NCBI GenBank assembly: GCA_037439545.1
Contig: JBBIVV010000004.1
Coordinates: forward strand, 1 to 64,000
DNA: 64,000 nucleotides
Reading direction: 5' to 3'
Origin: a bacterium
GTDB lineage: Bacteria; JAMCPX01
The translations under genes and the position numbers were made by a program. Below are positions 31,687-40,999 of the stretch, piece by piece (position 1 is the first letter of the stretch; every line of letters begins with the position of its first letter). The notes under the pieces are model-generated. The model was not told the origin of the DNA and made no database searches. It saw only the letters and a list, made by a program, of their open reading frames with translations.

Positions 31687-31714
31687 AAATTACACGTCTG
31701 CGGGTTATTGTCAA
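31687..31714 (-). promoter_or_regulatory. Sigma70-like promoter for the left arm of the cluster
   Basis: Minus strand TTGACA-16 nt-TAATTT. Confidence 0.5.
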
Positions 31715-31821
31715 GACTTTGTAATTGTTGTTAATTGAACGGGTGAAACAGTTGCACACACGGTGATCGATCTGAAAATAGTGTAAAAGGATGAAGAGTT
31801 TTTCGGTTTAATACAGAGAAC

Positions 31822-32565
31822 CTATTTCAGGACGTCTATAACCGCGTGCCCTCTGAGTATCAGGTCATTATGCACCTCGATAAACCACGGCATAGTGGGT
31901 GCGGTCATGCCGAAATCGGTGAATCGGGCATTGATTTTTGCCGAGACTGCAAACTCATTATTTCCCGTCTTATTGAAAGATACGGTAGTATCGAAATCTT
32001 TCGATCCCCCTGCTACCGAAAGCCTTCCGGTCACATGAATTTCACCCTTATCCCCGTGGAGAGCGTTGAGGATGTCCTCTTTTAGTTTTCCCCGTACCTG
32101 TATATCTCCCGCTTCTGCACGCAAGACCAGGGGAGAGTCTCCTTTGTCCGGGACAAGAATATCAACGGTCATATCCTGCAGGCTGGTCATCATGGCAGTG
32201 TTTTTCTCTGCCGGTCCCAGAATTTTTGACAGCGGCTCTCCGTCTATGTTCAAAACCTCAAAGGTTATTTCCGGATAGGTCCCTGATTTCAAATACAATG
32301 TCTTCACCGACCAGTCCCTCATCGGCTTGTCGGTTTTGAATCCTGCAGCATCGATCATGAGCTTTGCCTGCACATGTTCAGGGGAAGCAAGCACGTTGAT
32401 TGAAAGGCCGTCATTTTGTCCAATAACTGTTTTTAATGCAGACCCGAGATTCGTTTCGTGTGCTTCGTACGAAACAGACGCTTTTGTAACCCGGAATTCT
32501 ATAATGGGTCTTTGCTGAGCTGCAATAAGCATTGAATGAAGTACTATACCTGCGAGTAAAACCAT
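31822..32565 (-). CDS. YceI-like periplasmic lipid-binding protein with an internal insertion
   Basis: Signal peptide; F.TD..MRD...L....YPEITF, VTGRLSVAG, FTDFGMTAP. Confidence 0.65.
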   Translation of the reverse strand: MVLLAGIVLHSMLIAAQQRPIIEFRVTKASVSYEAHETNLGSALKTVIGQNDGLSINVLASPEHVQAKLMIDAAGFKTDKPMRDWSVKTLYLKSGTYPEITFEVLNIDGEPLSKILGPAEKNTAMMTSLQDMTVDILVPDKGDSPLVLRAEAGDIQVRGKLKEDILNALHGDKGEIHVTGRLSVAGGSKDFDTTVSFNKTGNNEFAVSAKINARFTDFGMTAPTMPWFIEVHNDLILRGHAVIDVLK

Positions 32566-32584
32566 ATACCTTTACCTCCCTTTT

Positions 32585-32666
32585 GCCCCGTCGGAAGTTT
32601 AACCATCCGCACCTGTCTGCCTTTGCGGAAGATGCCCTCCGGCTAAAACCTTTTCACGGGGTTTAC
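32585..32666 (-). repeat. Short terminal-inverted-repeat element (copy 1)
   Basis: Ends GCCCCGTCGGAAGTTTAAC and CCTTTTCACGGGGTTTAC match the ends of the element at 59085-59169. Confidence 0.6.
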
Positions 32667-32739
32667 AATCTTTTCCACTCATATTAAGTATAGTATGCAT
32701 GATTGATAAATCAAGGGTAAAATAAGCACGCACTGCGGC

Positions 32740-33273
32740 TTAAGAATTGGATTTGTTTTCCCGAACGTATTTTTCAAGACTTCTGTATAAGGTGTTCGTA
32801 TTTTGTTCAACAAGTGAAAACAGAATCTTCGAGATTTCATCGTTTATCTTGCTTATGAGCGCCGCGGGAACAAGAGGATAATTTAAGAAATTAACAGTAA
32901 TCTCGCCCTGTGCCGTTATTACCGTATATTCGCCGTCCGTCGAGTATATGTCTTTGCCGGAAACCTTGATGTATTCCTTAAAAACGAATGGTTCATACGT
33001 CCAGTTGCATACATAAGTATCATTGTACCACTCGGCAATGTCAAGCCATGCCATATCTGGCACCTTTATTACCTGGCCTATGATATCGGGCAATATGTGC
33101 TTACCCTGCCATTTACTTGTAATATAGGTTATATCGCCCTTATTTTTTCTTTCGAGTATTATCATGTTTACAATGTTCGGCATATAGACCACCAACTTGT
33201 CGAGGTCATCCCGCACGGTCTCATAAGCAACGTGCATGGGTAAAGCAATTTTCACCGAATGTTCAAAATGCAT
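32740..33273 (-). CDS. Hypothetical protein, possible START/SRPBCC fold
   Basis: YMPNI and W.D.AEW pattern; length and predicted layout fit a helix-grip fold (weak assignment); start uncertain. Confidence 0.5.
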   Translation of the reverse strand: MHFEHSVKIALPMHVAYETVRDDLDKLVVYMPNIVNMIILERKNKGDITYITSKWQGKHILPDIIGQVIKVPDMAWLDIAEWYNDTYVCNWTYEPFVFKEYIKVSGKDIYSTDGEYTVITAQGEITVNFLNYPLVPAALISKINDEISKILFSLVEQNTNTLYRSLEKYVRENKSNS

Positions 33274-33463
33274 ATAATGAGACATGTAACAGGAATCGTA
33301 TGCCGGCGTCAAGTGCCTTTGGAAAGAAAAATATAATTTGCAAGATTCGGAATAATTTGTAATAATTCAAAAAATTATGTTATAGCATCACCTGCTCAAA
33401 GCTCATAACAAAAAGGAGATTTATGTTTTTAAGAATAAAAAATAAAACCAGGAACTGCGCTCT

Positions 33464-34678
33464 ATGAAGTTTCATCTCATATTTCCAAAATGGCCGAAGT
33501 TGCCTTCGCAGACACCTTTCACCCTGCCGCCCTTAGGGATTATCACTGTGGCTGCAAGTATGCCCGATAGTGTTGAAACAAGCGTATGCGATGAAAACGT
33601 ACAACCCGTGGATTTTGACGGCAACTTTGATATTATCGGCATATCCATTATGCTGAGCTGCCAGGCACCGCGGGCTTACGAAATCGCCCATGAATTTAAA
33701 AAACGCGGCAAAACAGTCATCCTCGGGGGACTCCATGTATCGCTGCTCCCGGACGAGGCCGGCCAACACGCCGACAGTATCGTCACCGGGGAAGTGGAGG
33801 GTCTTTTGGGGGAGATTGTCAAGGACTTCCAGGAAGGTAAGCTTAAAAAATCATACGCGGTAAAGGGTTTTCCGGATATCGCTCAGATCCCGAACCCAAG
33901 ACGGGATCTTTACGACAAAAAAAGACATTATGTGTATAAAGGATGGGAGTTGGTAGATCTTGTCCAGACGTCGCGGGGGTGCCGTTTTAATTGCTATCCA
34001 TGCTGTGTGCCTTATCTGGGCGGACGCATGCACCGGATGCGTCCGATCGATCATGTCGTTTCGGACATGAAAACGTGCTCCGACCTTTTATTCATCGTCG
34101 ATAATTCTCTGGAGCAGAATGTGGCATGGGAAAAGGAGGTCTTCAGGTCCATGATAGGTATGGGAAAACGCTGGGTATCGCACCCCATCTCTCCTGTACC
34201 CGAGGTGCTGGACCTGGCACGGAAGGCAGGCTGCTGGTATATTTATCACGCCATATACACCATCTCGGACAAAATCAGAGACAGGATAAAGATGTACCAC
34301 GACTACGGCATCGGAGTGGAAGGCACCATCCTCCTCGGTATGGATGAACATACTGAAGACTTTATCAAGCGGTTCATCGATTTCCTCCTCACCATAGAGC
34401 TTGATCTCGCCGAGTTTACGGTCCTCACGCCGTTTCCAGGCACGCAGGTCTATGAACAAATGAATGCAGAAGGCAGAATATTCGATAAAGACTGGAACCA
34501 TTACAATGCCTCTACAGTGGTCATTCAGCCGCGCCGGATGAAACCGGAAACCCTCCAGAGACTGTACTATGAGGCGTGGGACAATTTTTATGCTGCCGAA
34601 TCGCAGTCTGTAAAGATGAGCAGGCTCTTTTTGCAAATATACAAGGACAGGCGGAAGGGTACTCTTGAAAAGGCTTAG
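33464..34678 (+). CDS. Cobalamin-binding radical SAM protein
   Basis: PPLG, DENV, ILGGLHVS, GEVE (B12-binding domain); TSRGCRFNCYPC; LTPFPGT. Confidence 0.9.
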   Translation: MKFHLIFPKWPKLPSQTPFTLPPLGIITVAASMPDSVETSVCDENVQPVDFDGNFDIIGISIMLSCQAPRAYEIAHEFKKRGKTVILGGLHVSLLPDEAGQHADSIVTGEVEGLLGEIVKDFQEGKLKKSYAVKGFPDIAQIPNPRRDLYDKKRHYVYKGWELVDLVQTSRGCRFNCYPCCVPYLGGRMHRMRPIDHVVSDMKTCSDLLFIVDNSLEQNVAWEKEVFRSMIGMGKRWVSHPISPVPEVLDLARKAGCWYIYHAIYTISDKIRDRIKMYHDYGIGVEGTILLGMDEHTEDFIKRFIDFLLTIELDLAEFTVLTPFPGTQVYEQMNAEGRIFDKDWNHYNASTVVIQPRRMKPETLQRLYYEAWDNFYAAESQSVKMSRLFLQIYKDRRKGTLEKA

Positions 34679-34722
34679 GACGAGACGTCCTCCCCCTGGC
34701 AAAGCTTTATTGTGCCGGCTGC

Positions 34723-34751
34723 TTGACAATGGAGTATATATTTTTTATAAA
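34723..34751 (+). promoter_or_regulatory. Sigma70-like promoter of the ACP operon
   Basis: TTGACA-17 nt-TATAAA upstream of the GAGGAG RBS. Confidence 0.6.
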
Positions 34752-34788
34752 AATGCACAGAAGAAAACAGCAATAACGAGGAGATAGT

Positions 34789-35079
34789 ATGGTAACACAA
34801 ACAAAAAAATTGACCGTCCAGGATATTCAGTTGAAGGTCTCGGAAATATTTATCAATGAACTTAAGCTTGAAGATGTGACCCCTGAGACATTGGATCCGG
34901 AACTGCACTTGATGGAGGAGCTGGGAATCGACAGCATGGATCTCATAACAGTAGTGTTAGTTCTGAAGGATGAATTCGCAGTCAATATTGATGAGGCTGA
35001 TTATCCAAAACTTACCAATATCCGGCTTATCGCTGAGTATATTAAGGAGAAAATGGAAAATGCAAGAAGCGCCCGTTGA
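34789..35079 (+). CDS. Acyl carrier protein 1
   Basis: Acidic 96 aa protein with the ELGIDSMDL Ppant motif. Confidence 0.92.
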   Translation: MVTQTKKLTVQDIQLKVSEIFINELKLEDVTPETLDPELHLMEELGIDSMDLITVVLVLKDEFAVNIDEADYPKLTNIRLIAEYIKEKMENARSAR

Positions 35080-35350
35080 CAAATTGCCCGTTGACAAATT
35101 GATAGATGAACTGAAAAGAAAGGTTCTCGATATCCTCAATATTCAGGATATCGGCCTGAGCGACATAGACACCAATTCTCCCCTGGTGGGGAGTAATTTA
35201 GGCATTGATTCTATCGATATCCTGGAACTTGTCACTGTCATCGAACATGATTACGGGGTAAAAATAGATAATAAAGAGTTGGGCGAGAAGGTATTCGCCT
35301 CATTTGCCTCTCTGGCACAATATATAGCAGACAATAGGACTCTCATTTGA
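35060..35350 (+). CDS. Acyl carrier protein 2
   Basis: LGIDSIDILEL motif; ATG at 35060. Confidence 0.9.
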   Translation: MQEAPVDKLPVDKLIDELKRKVLDILNIQDIGLSDIDTNSPLVGSNLGIDSIDILELVTVIEHDYGVKIDNKELGEKVFASFASLAQYIADNRTLI

Positions 35351-35351
35351 T

Positions 35352-37523
35352 GTGTCCATGATGACACCTGAAGGCATTTTCATCACAGGTCTCGGCATCA
35401 TTAGTCCTCTGGGAAAAGGCCGGCTCTCAACAGTCAGTTCGTTAAAAAATTCATTCTGCGGCATTCACAACGTCAATGTGTTCACGGTAGCTCCGGACCA
35501 GCTCATGCCTGTTGCGGATGTTTCCATCCCTTTCGAAGTTGAGCCCGGAGTCCCGAGGACCCATGCACTTGCACTCGCAGCAGCACGCGATGCAATGGAA
35601 GGCAAAAACTGTATACCGGACGCCGTGATTATGGGAGTTACAACCGGAGGAATGCCGAAAAGCGAGGTGTTGCTTAAATCAAAGGTCAGGATCCCTCAGG
35701 AGTATACCTATCATGGGGCAGGTACTATCGCCACTTATTTAGCAGAGCATTTCTCGTGTCAGGGACCGGCATTAACCATATCGACCGCGTGTTCCAGCGG
35801 CACGGCAGCCATTATAATAGCACGGGAACTGATCCGGCATGGAAAGGCAGAAAAGGTGCTCGTCGGTGGAGCAGATGCGCTCTGTCTGTTTACCTATTTC
35901 GGGTTTTTTTCGTTGCAGTTAATGGATGCCAGGGGTGCGCGTCCTCTGGACAAGGATCGGGCAGGCATGTCACTGGGTGAAGGTGCTGCCGTACTCTTTA
36001 TCGAAAAGTCACAGAGTCCGCCGCCAGGCTCTATCGCACAGATTCTTGGCGGTGGTATTTCCTGCGATGCCTATCATCCGACCGCGCCGCATCCTGCGGG
36101 TGACGGTGCGGTGAAAGCCATGCGCGGGGCCATTGCAGACGCAGGCATCTCGGTCGGCGATATTGAATATGTAAACCTCCACGGGACAGCGACACAGGAT
36201 AACGATGCTTCGGAGGCTATTGCCATCCGGACATTGTTCGGTGACCGGTTCCCCGCACTATCTTCCACCAAAGGTATGACGGGTCATTCTCTCGGCGCAT
36301 CCGGTGCAGTCGAATGTGCCCTCTGTTCATTGTCCGTGTCAGAAGGAATAATCCCGGGGACAATAGGCTGCACGAACCTTGATACAAAACTCGGAATACC
36401 GGCTGTGCTGCACCCGGAAAATCATCCGGTAAGAATTGCCCTCTCCAATTCTTTCGGTTTCGGCGGCAATAATGCCTCTGTGGTAATCGGTTCTGCGGAC
36501 CTACGGCCGCCTGAGCGGCCGCTTATGCATGTCCGGAGCCTGAATGTTATCGGACTTGCTTGTTTAACCGGTGCCGGAGGTGCGGATGCCTCTTTCCAAA
36601 AATTTTCACAGGGCGATTCTCTCTCCGGGACACTGAGCGATGAAGAGATATCCAGAGACCTTCCCCAGAGACAAATCAGGCGCCTCAAGAGACTTCCCCG
36701 TATGGCACTTGCCCTGGCAAACGCAGCCAGAAAGGATGCCGGTGATAAATTTCACCCTTCCTCGATTTTTTTCGGTACAGGATGGGGCCCCTTATCCGAG
36801 ACCTATGACTTTCTTACAAAACTTTTCGGATCCGACATGAGATTTTTCAGCCCGACGGATTTTATCAATTCCGTGCACAATGCACCGGCGGGCCAGGTGG
36901 CCATGGAGTTTAAGGCAATGGGAACGAACCTTACGGCAACAGGCGGGGATTATTCCTTTGAGCAGGCACTTTTGATGGCAAGCCTTCTGGCCTCGGAAAA
37001 GGAAGAGCTCATGCTCTTCGGGGCAGACGAGATGCATCCGGAACTGTCCCCCCTCTTTGATCCCTCGGTCCCCGGTGAGAGAATTCCCTCTGACGGCGGC
37101 GGGGCACTTATGGCAGTGGCAACGACCTCTCCCTCGGGTCCTGCGATAACACCGGTTGTATATCGAATGGCTGCGAAGGATTCCGGGTGGGCGATAATGA
37201 ATGACCTCAAGGTTACCGACTTCCATAAACATTATGCTGCTATTTTTGCAGGGATCCCTTCAGCGTATGAAAAAATGGCCGGAGATCAGTTAACGGATTT
37301 TCTTTCCTCTTCAAAATTTAATGGGCCTGTTATTCACTACCGGAAGTACACAGGTCAATATGCAACATCATCTGCTGTTGCTGCTGCTCTGGCAGTCAAA
37401 ATCATACAGCAGGGTTTTCTTCCTGCGGGTTTGACGCACGCCGACGAAGTTTCTCTGGGAGAGAAAGGGATTCTGGTCATGGGTTTTGGTCCTTATTGCA
37501 CAGCCGTCGACATCCGTAACTGA
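35352..37523 (+). CDS. Ketosynthase fused to a chain-length-factor-like domain
   Basis: N-terminal STACSSG, NLHGTAT, GHSLGA, SFGFGG; C-terminal RRLKR, SPTDFINSVHNAPAG, SFEQAL with no recognisable catalytic Cys. Confidence 0.85.
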   Translation: MSMMTPEGIFITGLGIISPLGKGRLSTVSSLKNSFCGIHNVNVFTVAPDQLMPVADVSIPFEVEPGVPRTHALALAAARDAMEGKNCIPDAVIMGVTTGGMPKSEVLLKSKVRIPQEYTYHGAGTIATYLAEHFSCQGPALTISTACSSGTAAIIIARELIRHGKAEKVLVGGADALCLFTYFGFFSLQLMDARGARPLDKDRAGMSLGEGAAVLFIEKSQSPPPGSIAQILGGGISCDAYHPTAPHPAGDGAVKAMRGAIADAGISVGDIEYVNLHGTATQDNDASEAIAIRTLFGDRFPALSSTKGMTGHSLGASGAVECALCSLSVSEGIIPGTIGCTNLDTKLGIPAVLHPENHPVRIALSNSFGFGGNNASVVIGSADLRPPERPLMHVRSLNVIGLACLTGAGGADASFQKFSQGDSLSGTLSDEEISRDLPQRQIRRLKRLPRMALALANAARKDAGDKFHPSSIFFGTGWGPLSETYDFLTKLFGSDMRFFSPTDFINSVHNAPAGQVAMEFKAMGTNLTATGGDYSFEQALLMASLLASEKEELMLFGADEMHPELSPLFDPSVPGERIPSDGGGALMAVATTSPSGPAITPVVYRMAAKDSGWAIMNDLKVTDFHKHYAAIFAGIPSAYEKMAGDQLTDFLSSSKFNGPVIHYRKYTGQYATSSAVAAALAVKIIQQGFLPAGLTHADEVSLGEKGILVMGFGPYCTAVDIRN

Positions 37524-37530
37524 GGCAGTT

Positions 37531-39006
37531 ATGCGTTTAACAGATCATATAATTATTATAGGTTCGGGTATCGGAGGAATGACCGCTGCAATCGTTCTTG
37601 CAAAACTGGGATACCGTGTGACTGTCGTCGAAAAAAACAAACGCCCCGGCGGCCTGATGAGGAGTTATATTCGGGAAGGCGTCGAATGCGAAGTCGGGCT
37701 CCACTATGTCGGCGCAATGGACACAGGCCAGCCTTTGCGGCAGATCTTCGATCTCCTCGGTATATCGGGGCGTATACCTGCCGTACGCATGGGAGAAGAC
37801 GGGATTGTCGATAAATATATTCTACCCGGGATGGTGTTCGACTTCCCCCCCGGCATTGATATGTTCGAAGAGAACCTTCATAAGGCTTTCCCTGAAGAAG
37901 GCCGCCGGATAGCGGAGATTGCCGCCCTAATCCGCAATGCAATTGTACGCTTTTCCGCTTTGTCAATTTTTTTCGGGGAAAAAGAAGAGTTTGATCTTTC
38001 ATGGGAACTACAGCCTGTGGAGAATTACTTTAATAAACTCGGATGTTCCCTGAAATTGCGCAGTATCCTTTCTGTTCCGCTGGCTTGGCTTGGTGTGGGA
38101 CCCGGGGAGTGCCCCATGTACCTATGGAGTTCTTCGATATCATCATACCTGATGTCCTCCTGGCGCCTGCCGCAGGGAGGTGCACATTTGGCGGATACAC
38201 TTGCAGAAAGGCTGCGGGGGCTTGGCGGGGAAATCATTTGTAATGACGGAGTCTCCAGGATAACCGTACGTGATCATGCAGTACAGGGAGTGGTCCTGAA
38301 ATCCGGGAGAGAATTGGCTTCTTCAGTGATTATAGCGGCAATTCATCCAAAATTAATGCTCCGAATGCTTCCCGCTGATTCTTATAAACCTTCCTTTAAA
38401 AACAGGATCTCATCGCTTCAGGAGACTCCGGGAATATTTGCCGCGCACATCGCAATTCCCGAACAAGAGGTTTCTTACAAACCGTATAATATCTTTGCCT
38501 TTGATGCGGACAATACCGTGCACGGCGGAGTGACATTTTTTACTATGAAGAAATCTTCCAAGCCCGGGTGGAACTGTATTTCCATCCTTGAAGAAAGTCC
38601 TTATGAAAAGTGGCAGTCCTGGGAAAACACCACAAGGAAACACCGCCCTCAGGATTACAGGGATGCCAAGGATCGGGAGACCGGTATTCTTTTGAATAAA
38701 GCTTTGAAAATCTTCGGTCATATGCAGGGGGCGCAGGTCGTGGATTCTTTTACCCCGTTATCGTTCTGTGACTGGATGGATAGCCCGCAGGGGGGTGCCT
38801 ATGGTGTGAGTCATTCTGTCAGACAGAAGTTTAAAACTGCGGCACTGCACAGGACGCCTCTGTCGGGATTGCACGTGGTGGGACAGAGCGTTTTTGCCCC
38901 GGGTATACTGGGCACTGCTTTGGGAACGCTCCGGGTCATTGCTTCTCTTGTCGGATACGATACTCTGCATCAAAAATTTATTGACTCACGGGAAGAGGGG
39001 ATTTAA
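37531..39006 (+). CDS. Phytoene-desaturase (CrtI)-like FAD oxidoreductase
   Basis: IIIGSGIGG, VEK...PGG, GLHYVG, FTP, GAYG, GQS..PGILG. Confidence 0.85.
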   Translation: MRLTDHIIIIGSGIGGMTAAIVLAKLGYRVTVVEKNKRPGGLMRSYIREGVECEVGLHYVGAMDTGQPLRQIFDLLGISGRIPAVRMGEDGIVDKYILPGMVFDFPPGIDMFEENLHKAFPEEGRRIAEIAALIRNAIVRFSALSIFFGEKEEFDLSWELQPVENYFNKLGCSLKLRSILSVPLAWLGVGPGECPMYLWSSSISSYLMSSWRLPQGGAHLADTLAERLRGLGGEIICNDGVSRITVRDHAVQGVVLKSGRELASSVIIAAIHPKLMLRMLPADSYKPSFKNRISSLQETPGIFAAHIAIPEQEVSYKPYNIFAFDADNTVHGGVTFFTMKKSSKPGWNCISILEESPYEKWQSWENTTRKHRPQDYRDAKDRETGILLNKALKIFGHMQGAQVVDSFTPLSFCDWMDSPQGGAYGVSHSVRQKFKTAALHRTPLSGLHVVGQSVFAPGILGTALGTLRVIASLVGYDTLHQKFIDSREEGI

Positions 39007-39023
39007 AGGATTGAAGAACTCTT

Positions 39024-40577
39024 ATGAAGAAAAAACATATACACAATAAATCCGTTCAGAAGCCTGTCGTCATCGGAGAAGGTGATGTCACGCTCGTTCA
39101 GGTAGCAGATATCGCACGCGGCGTGTCCCGCGTTGCGATCAGTTCTCAAAAGAATTTTATCGACAAGATACGGCTGTCTCAAAAAACTCTGCAGCGTGTT
39201 CTCGATGCCGACGAGCCGATATACGGCGTAACGACCGGATACGGTGCGGCATGCGGCAACAGGATTAAGAAGCACAATACGGAAGAACTTGGCAGCAATC
39301 TCATAAAATATCACGGCTGCGGCACCGGTGCTCCTTTAGGCATAGAGGAGACGCGTGCGTCTATCGTGGCCAGACTGGTATGCTTTGCGCGAGGATACTC
39401 GGGTGTTTCCGTCAATCTGATGCAGGCCATGGCGGACTTGCTCAATAAAGGTATTACTCCTATCGTCCCGTCTATGGGATCTGTCGGCGCATCAGGGGAC
39501 CTCACCCCGATGTCGTATATTGCAGCATGTCTGTCCGGAGACAGGGATGTCCTGTATAAAGGGCGCAGGATGAGCTCAAAAAAAGCCTTGTCTCAGGCCG
39601 GACTATCCCCCTACCGTTTTCTCCCGAAAGAACCTCTCGGTATGATCAACGGGACATCGGTAATGACAGGGATTGCCGTAATCGCTCTCAAGAAGAGCAG
39701 GGTTATCGTTGATATGGCAATGGCGGCAACCGCACTCGCACTCCATGCCCTCATGGGACATGAAAGGCATTTTCATCCGACCGTGGTCAATTCAAAGCCT
39801 CATCCGGGACAGCAACTGGCAGGGGAACGGCTGCGGAATATTTTATCTTCAATAGATCGGCCGCCGGAATCGGACAAGCAGGATCATTTTCAGGACCCGT
39901 ATTCCATTCGCTGCGCTCCCCAGATCATCGGCGTTGCGTACGACGCCCTTGATTGGGCCGAGGAATGGGTCCAGAGAGAGGTAAACAGTTCCAACGACAA
40001 TCCGCTTGCAGACGGCGACCATAAAGAGGTTTTCATGGGCGGTAATTTTTATGGCGGACATATAGCGTTTGCCATGGATGCACTGAAGAGTGCCCTTGCA
40101 TCGGTTGCCGATATGATAGACCGTCAGATGGCGCTTTTGGTGGACCAGCGGTACAACCGCGGGCTTCCGGCAAACCTCGTGAAAGTGAAAGGGGGCAAAC
40201 AACTGCTCAATCACGGGTTCAAAGGCATGCAGATAACTGCGTCAGCTTTAGCCGCAGAGGCTTTGAAAAACACCATGCCTGCTGCATCCTTTTCAAGGTC
40301 AACCGAATCTCACAATCAGGACAAGGTGAGTATGGGTACCATTTCAGCGAGGGATGCTGCATGGCAATGCGAATTGGTGGGCCGTGTTGTCGCCATACAT
40401 CTCATGGCTGCGGTCCAGGCATGCGAATTGAGAGGCGGCTTGAACGGAAGGCCTGTGCTTGCTTCGCTCGCAAAAGAAGTTCGGAAAAAAGTCAGGGCAA
40501 CGGTTTTCGATCGTCCGATGGATAAGGACATTGAAGTTCTTGCAGATGCACTGCCGGAGCTGGTGCGTTCCCTATGA
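39024..40577 (+). CDS. MIO-dependent aromatic amino acid ammonia-lyase (HAL/PAL/TAL family)
   Basis: YGVTTGYG, GASGDL (MIO), NGT, QDPYSIRC, NDNP, GGNFYG, ESHNQD. Confidence 0.93.
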   Translation: MKKKHIHNKSVQKPVVIGEGDVTLVQVADIARGVSRVAISSQKNFIDKIRLSQKTLQRVLDADEPIYGVTTGYGAACGNRIKKHNTEELGSNLIKYHGCGTGAPLGIEETRASIVARLVCFARGYSGVSVNLMQAMADLLNKGITPIVPSMGSVGASGDLTPMSYIAACLSGDRDVLYKGRRMSSKKALSQAGLSPYRFLPKEPLGMINGTSVMTGIAVIALKKSRVIVDMAMAATALALHALMGHERHFHPTVVNSKPHPGQQLAGERLRNILSSIDRPPESDKQDHFQDPYSIRCAPQIIGVAYDALDWAEEWVQREVNSSNDNPLADGDHKEVFMGGNFYGGHIAFAMDALKSALASVADMIDRQMALLVDQRYNRGLPANLVKVKGGKQLLNHGFKGMQITASALAAEALKNTMPAASFSRSTESHNQDKVSMGTISARDAAWQCELVGRVVAIHLMAAVQACELRGGLNGRPVLASLAKEVRKKVRATVFDRPMDKDIEVLADALPELVRSL

Positions 40578-40999
40578 CAGAAGCTGCTCTGCGGACATAC
40601 TCCGTCAGACTCCGTGTGCCGTTCCACCATGTCGATCCAATGCAGGTCGTGTGGCATGGACATTACTTCGAATATTTTGAGGCAGCAAGGGACGGGCTGT
40701 TTGAAAGCCTGAACATCAATCTCGAAAGTTTCTATCCGAGCGATGGATACATCTTTCCCGTGATCCGCGGTTCGATAAAATTTATCCGCCCCCTCCGCTA
40801 TAAAGATGTGTTTGTATGTACCGCGCGGGCTGCAGATGCAAAACGGAAAATAGTAATCGAGTATGAAATCAAATTGGAGTCCACCGATACCCTGTGCACC
40901 AGGGGCAGTACGGAACAGATTGTTTTAAAGATGCCGGAAGCACAAATCGAATATGAAATCCCGAAGCTAATCCGCGAGGCAATACGTCCACACTTATGA
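40574..40999 (+). CDS. Acyl-CoA/ACP thioesterase (ApeK/4HBT-like)
   Basis: VPFHHVDPMQVVWHGHYFEYFEAAR; ATGA overlaps on both sides. Confidence 0.9.
   Translation: MTEAALRTYSVRLRVPFHHVDPMQVVWHGHYFEYFEAARDGLFESLNINLESFYPSDGYIFPVIRGSIKFIRPLRYKDVFVCTARAADAKRKIVIEYEIKLESTDTLCTRGSTEQIVLKMPEAQIEYEIPKLIREAIRPHL

Noticed and set aside
37531..39006. Carotenoid or hopanoid pathway based on the CrtI-like gene
   Set aside because: No phytoene/squalene synthase or cyclase in the window; the gene is embedded in an ACP-KS operon
39024..40577. Calling the lyase hutH (histidine utilisation)
   Set aside because: No hutU/I/G nearby and it lacks the typical HAL SH signature; the context is biosynthetic
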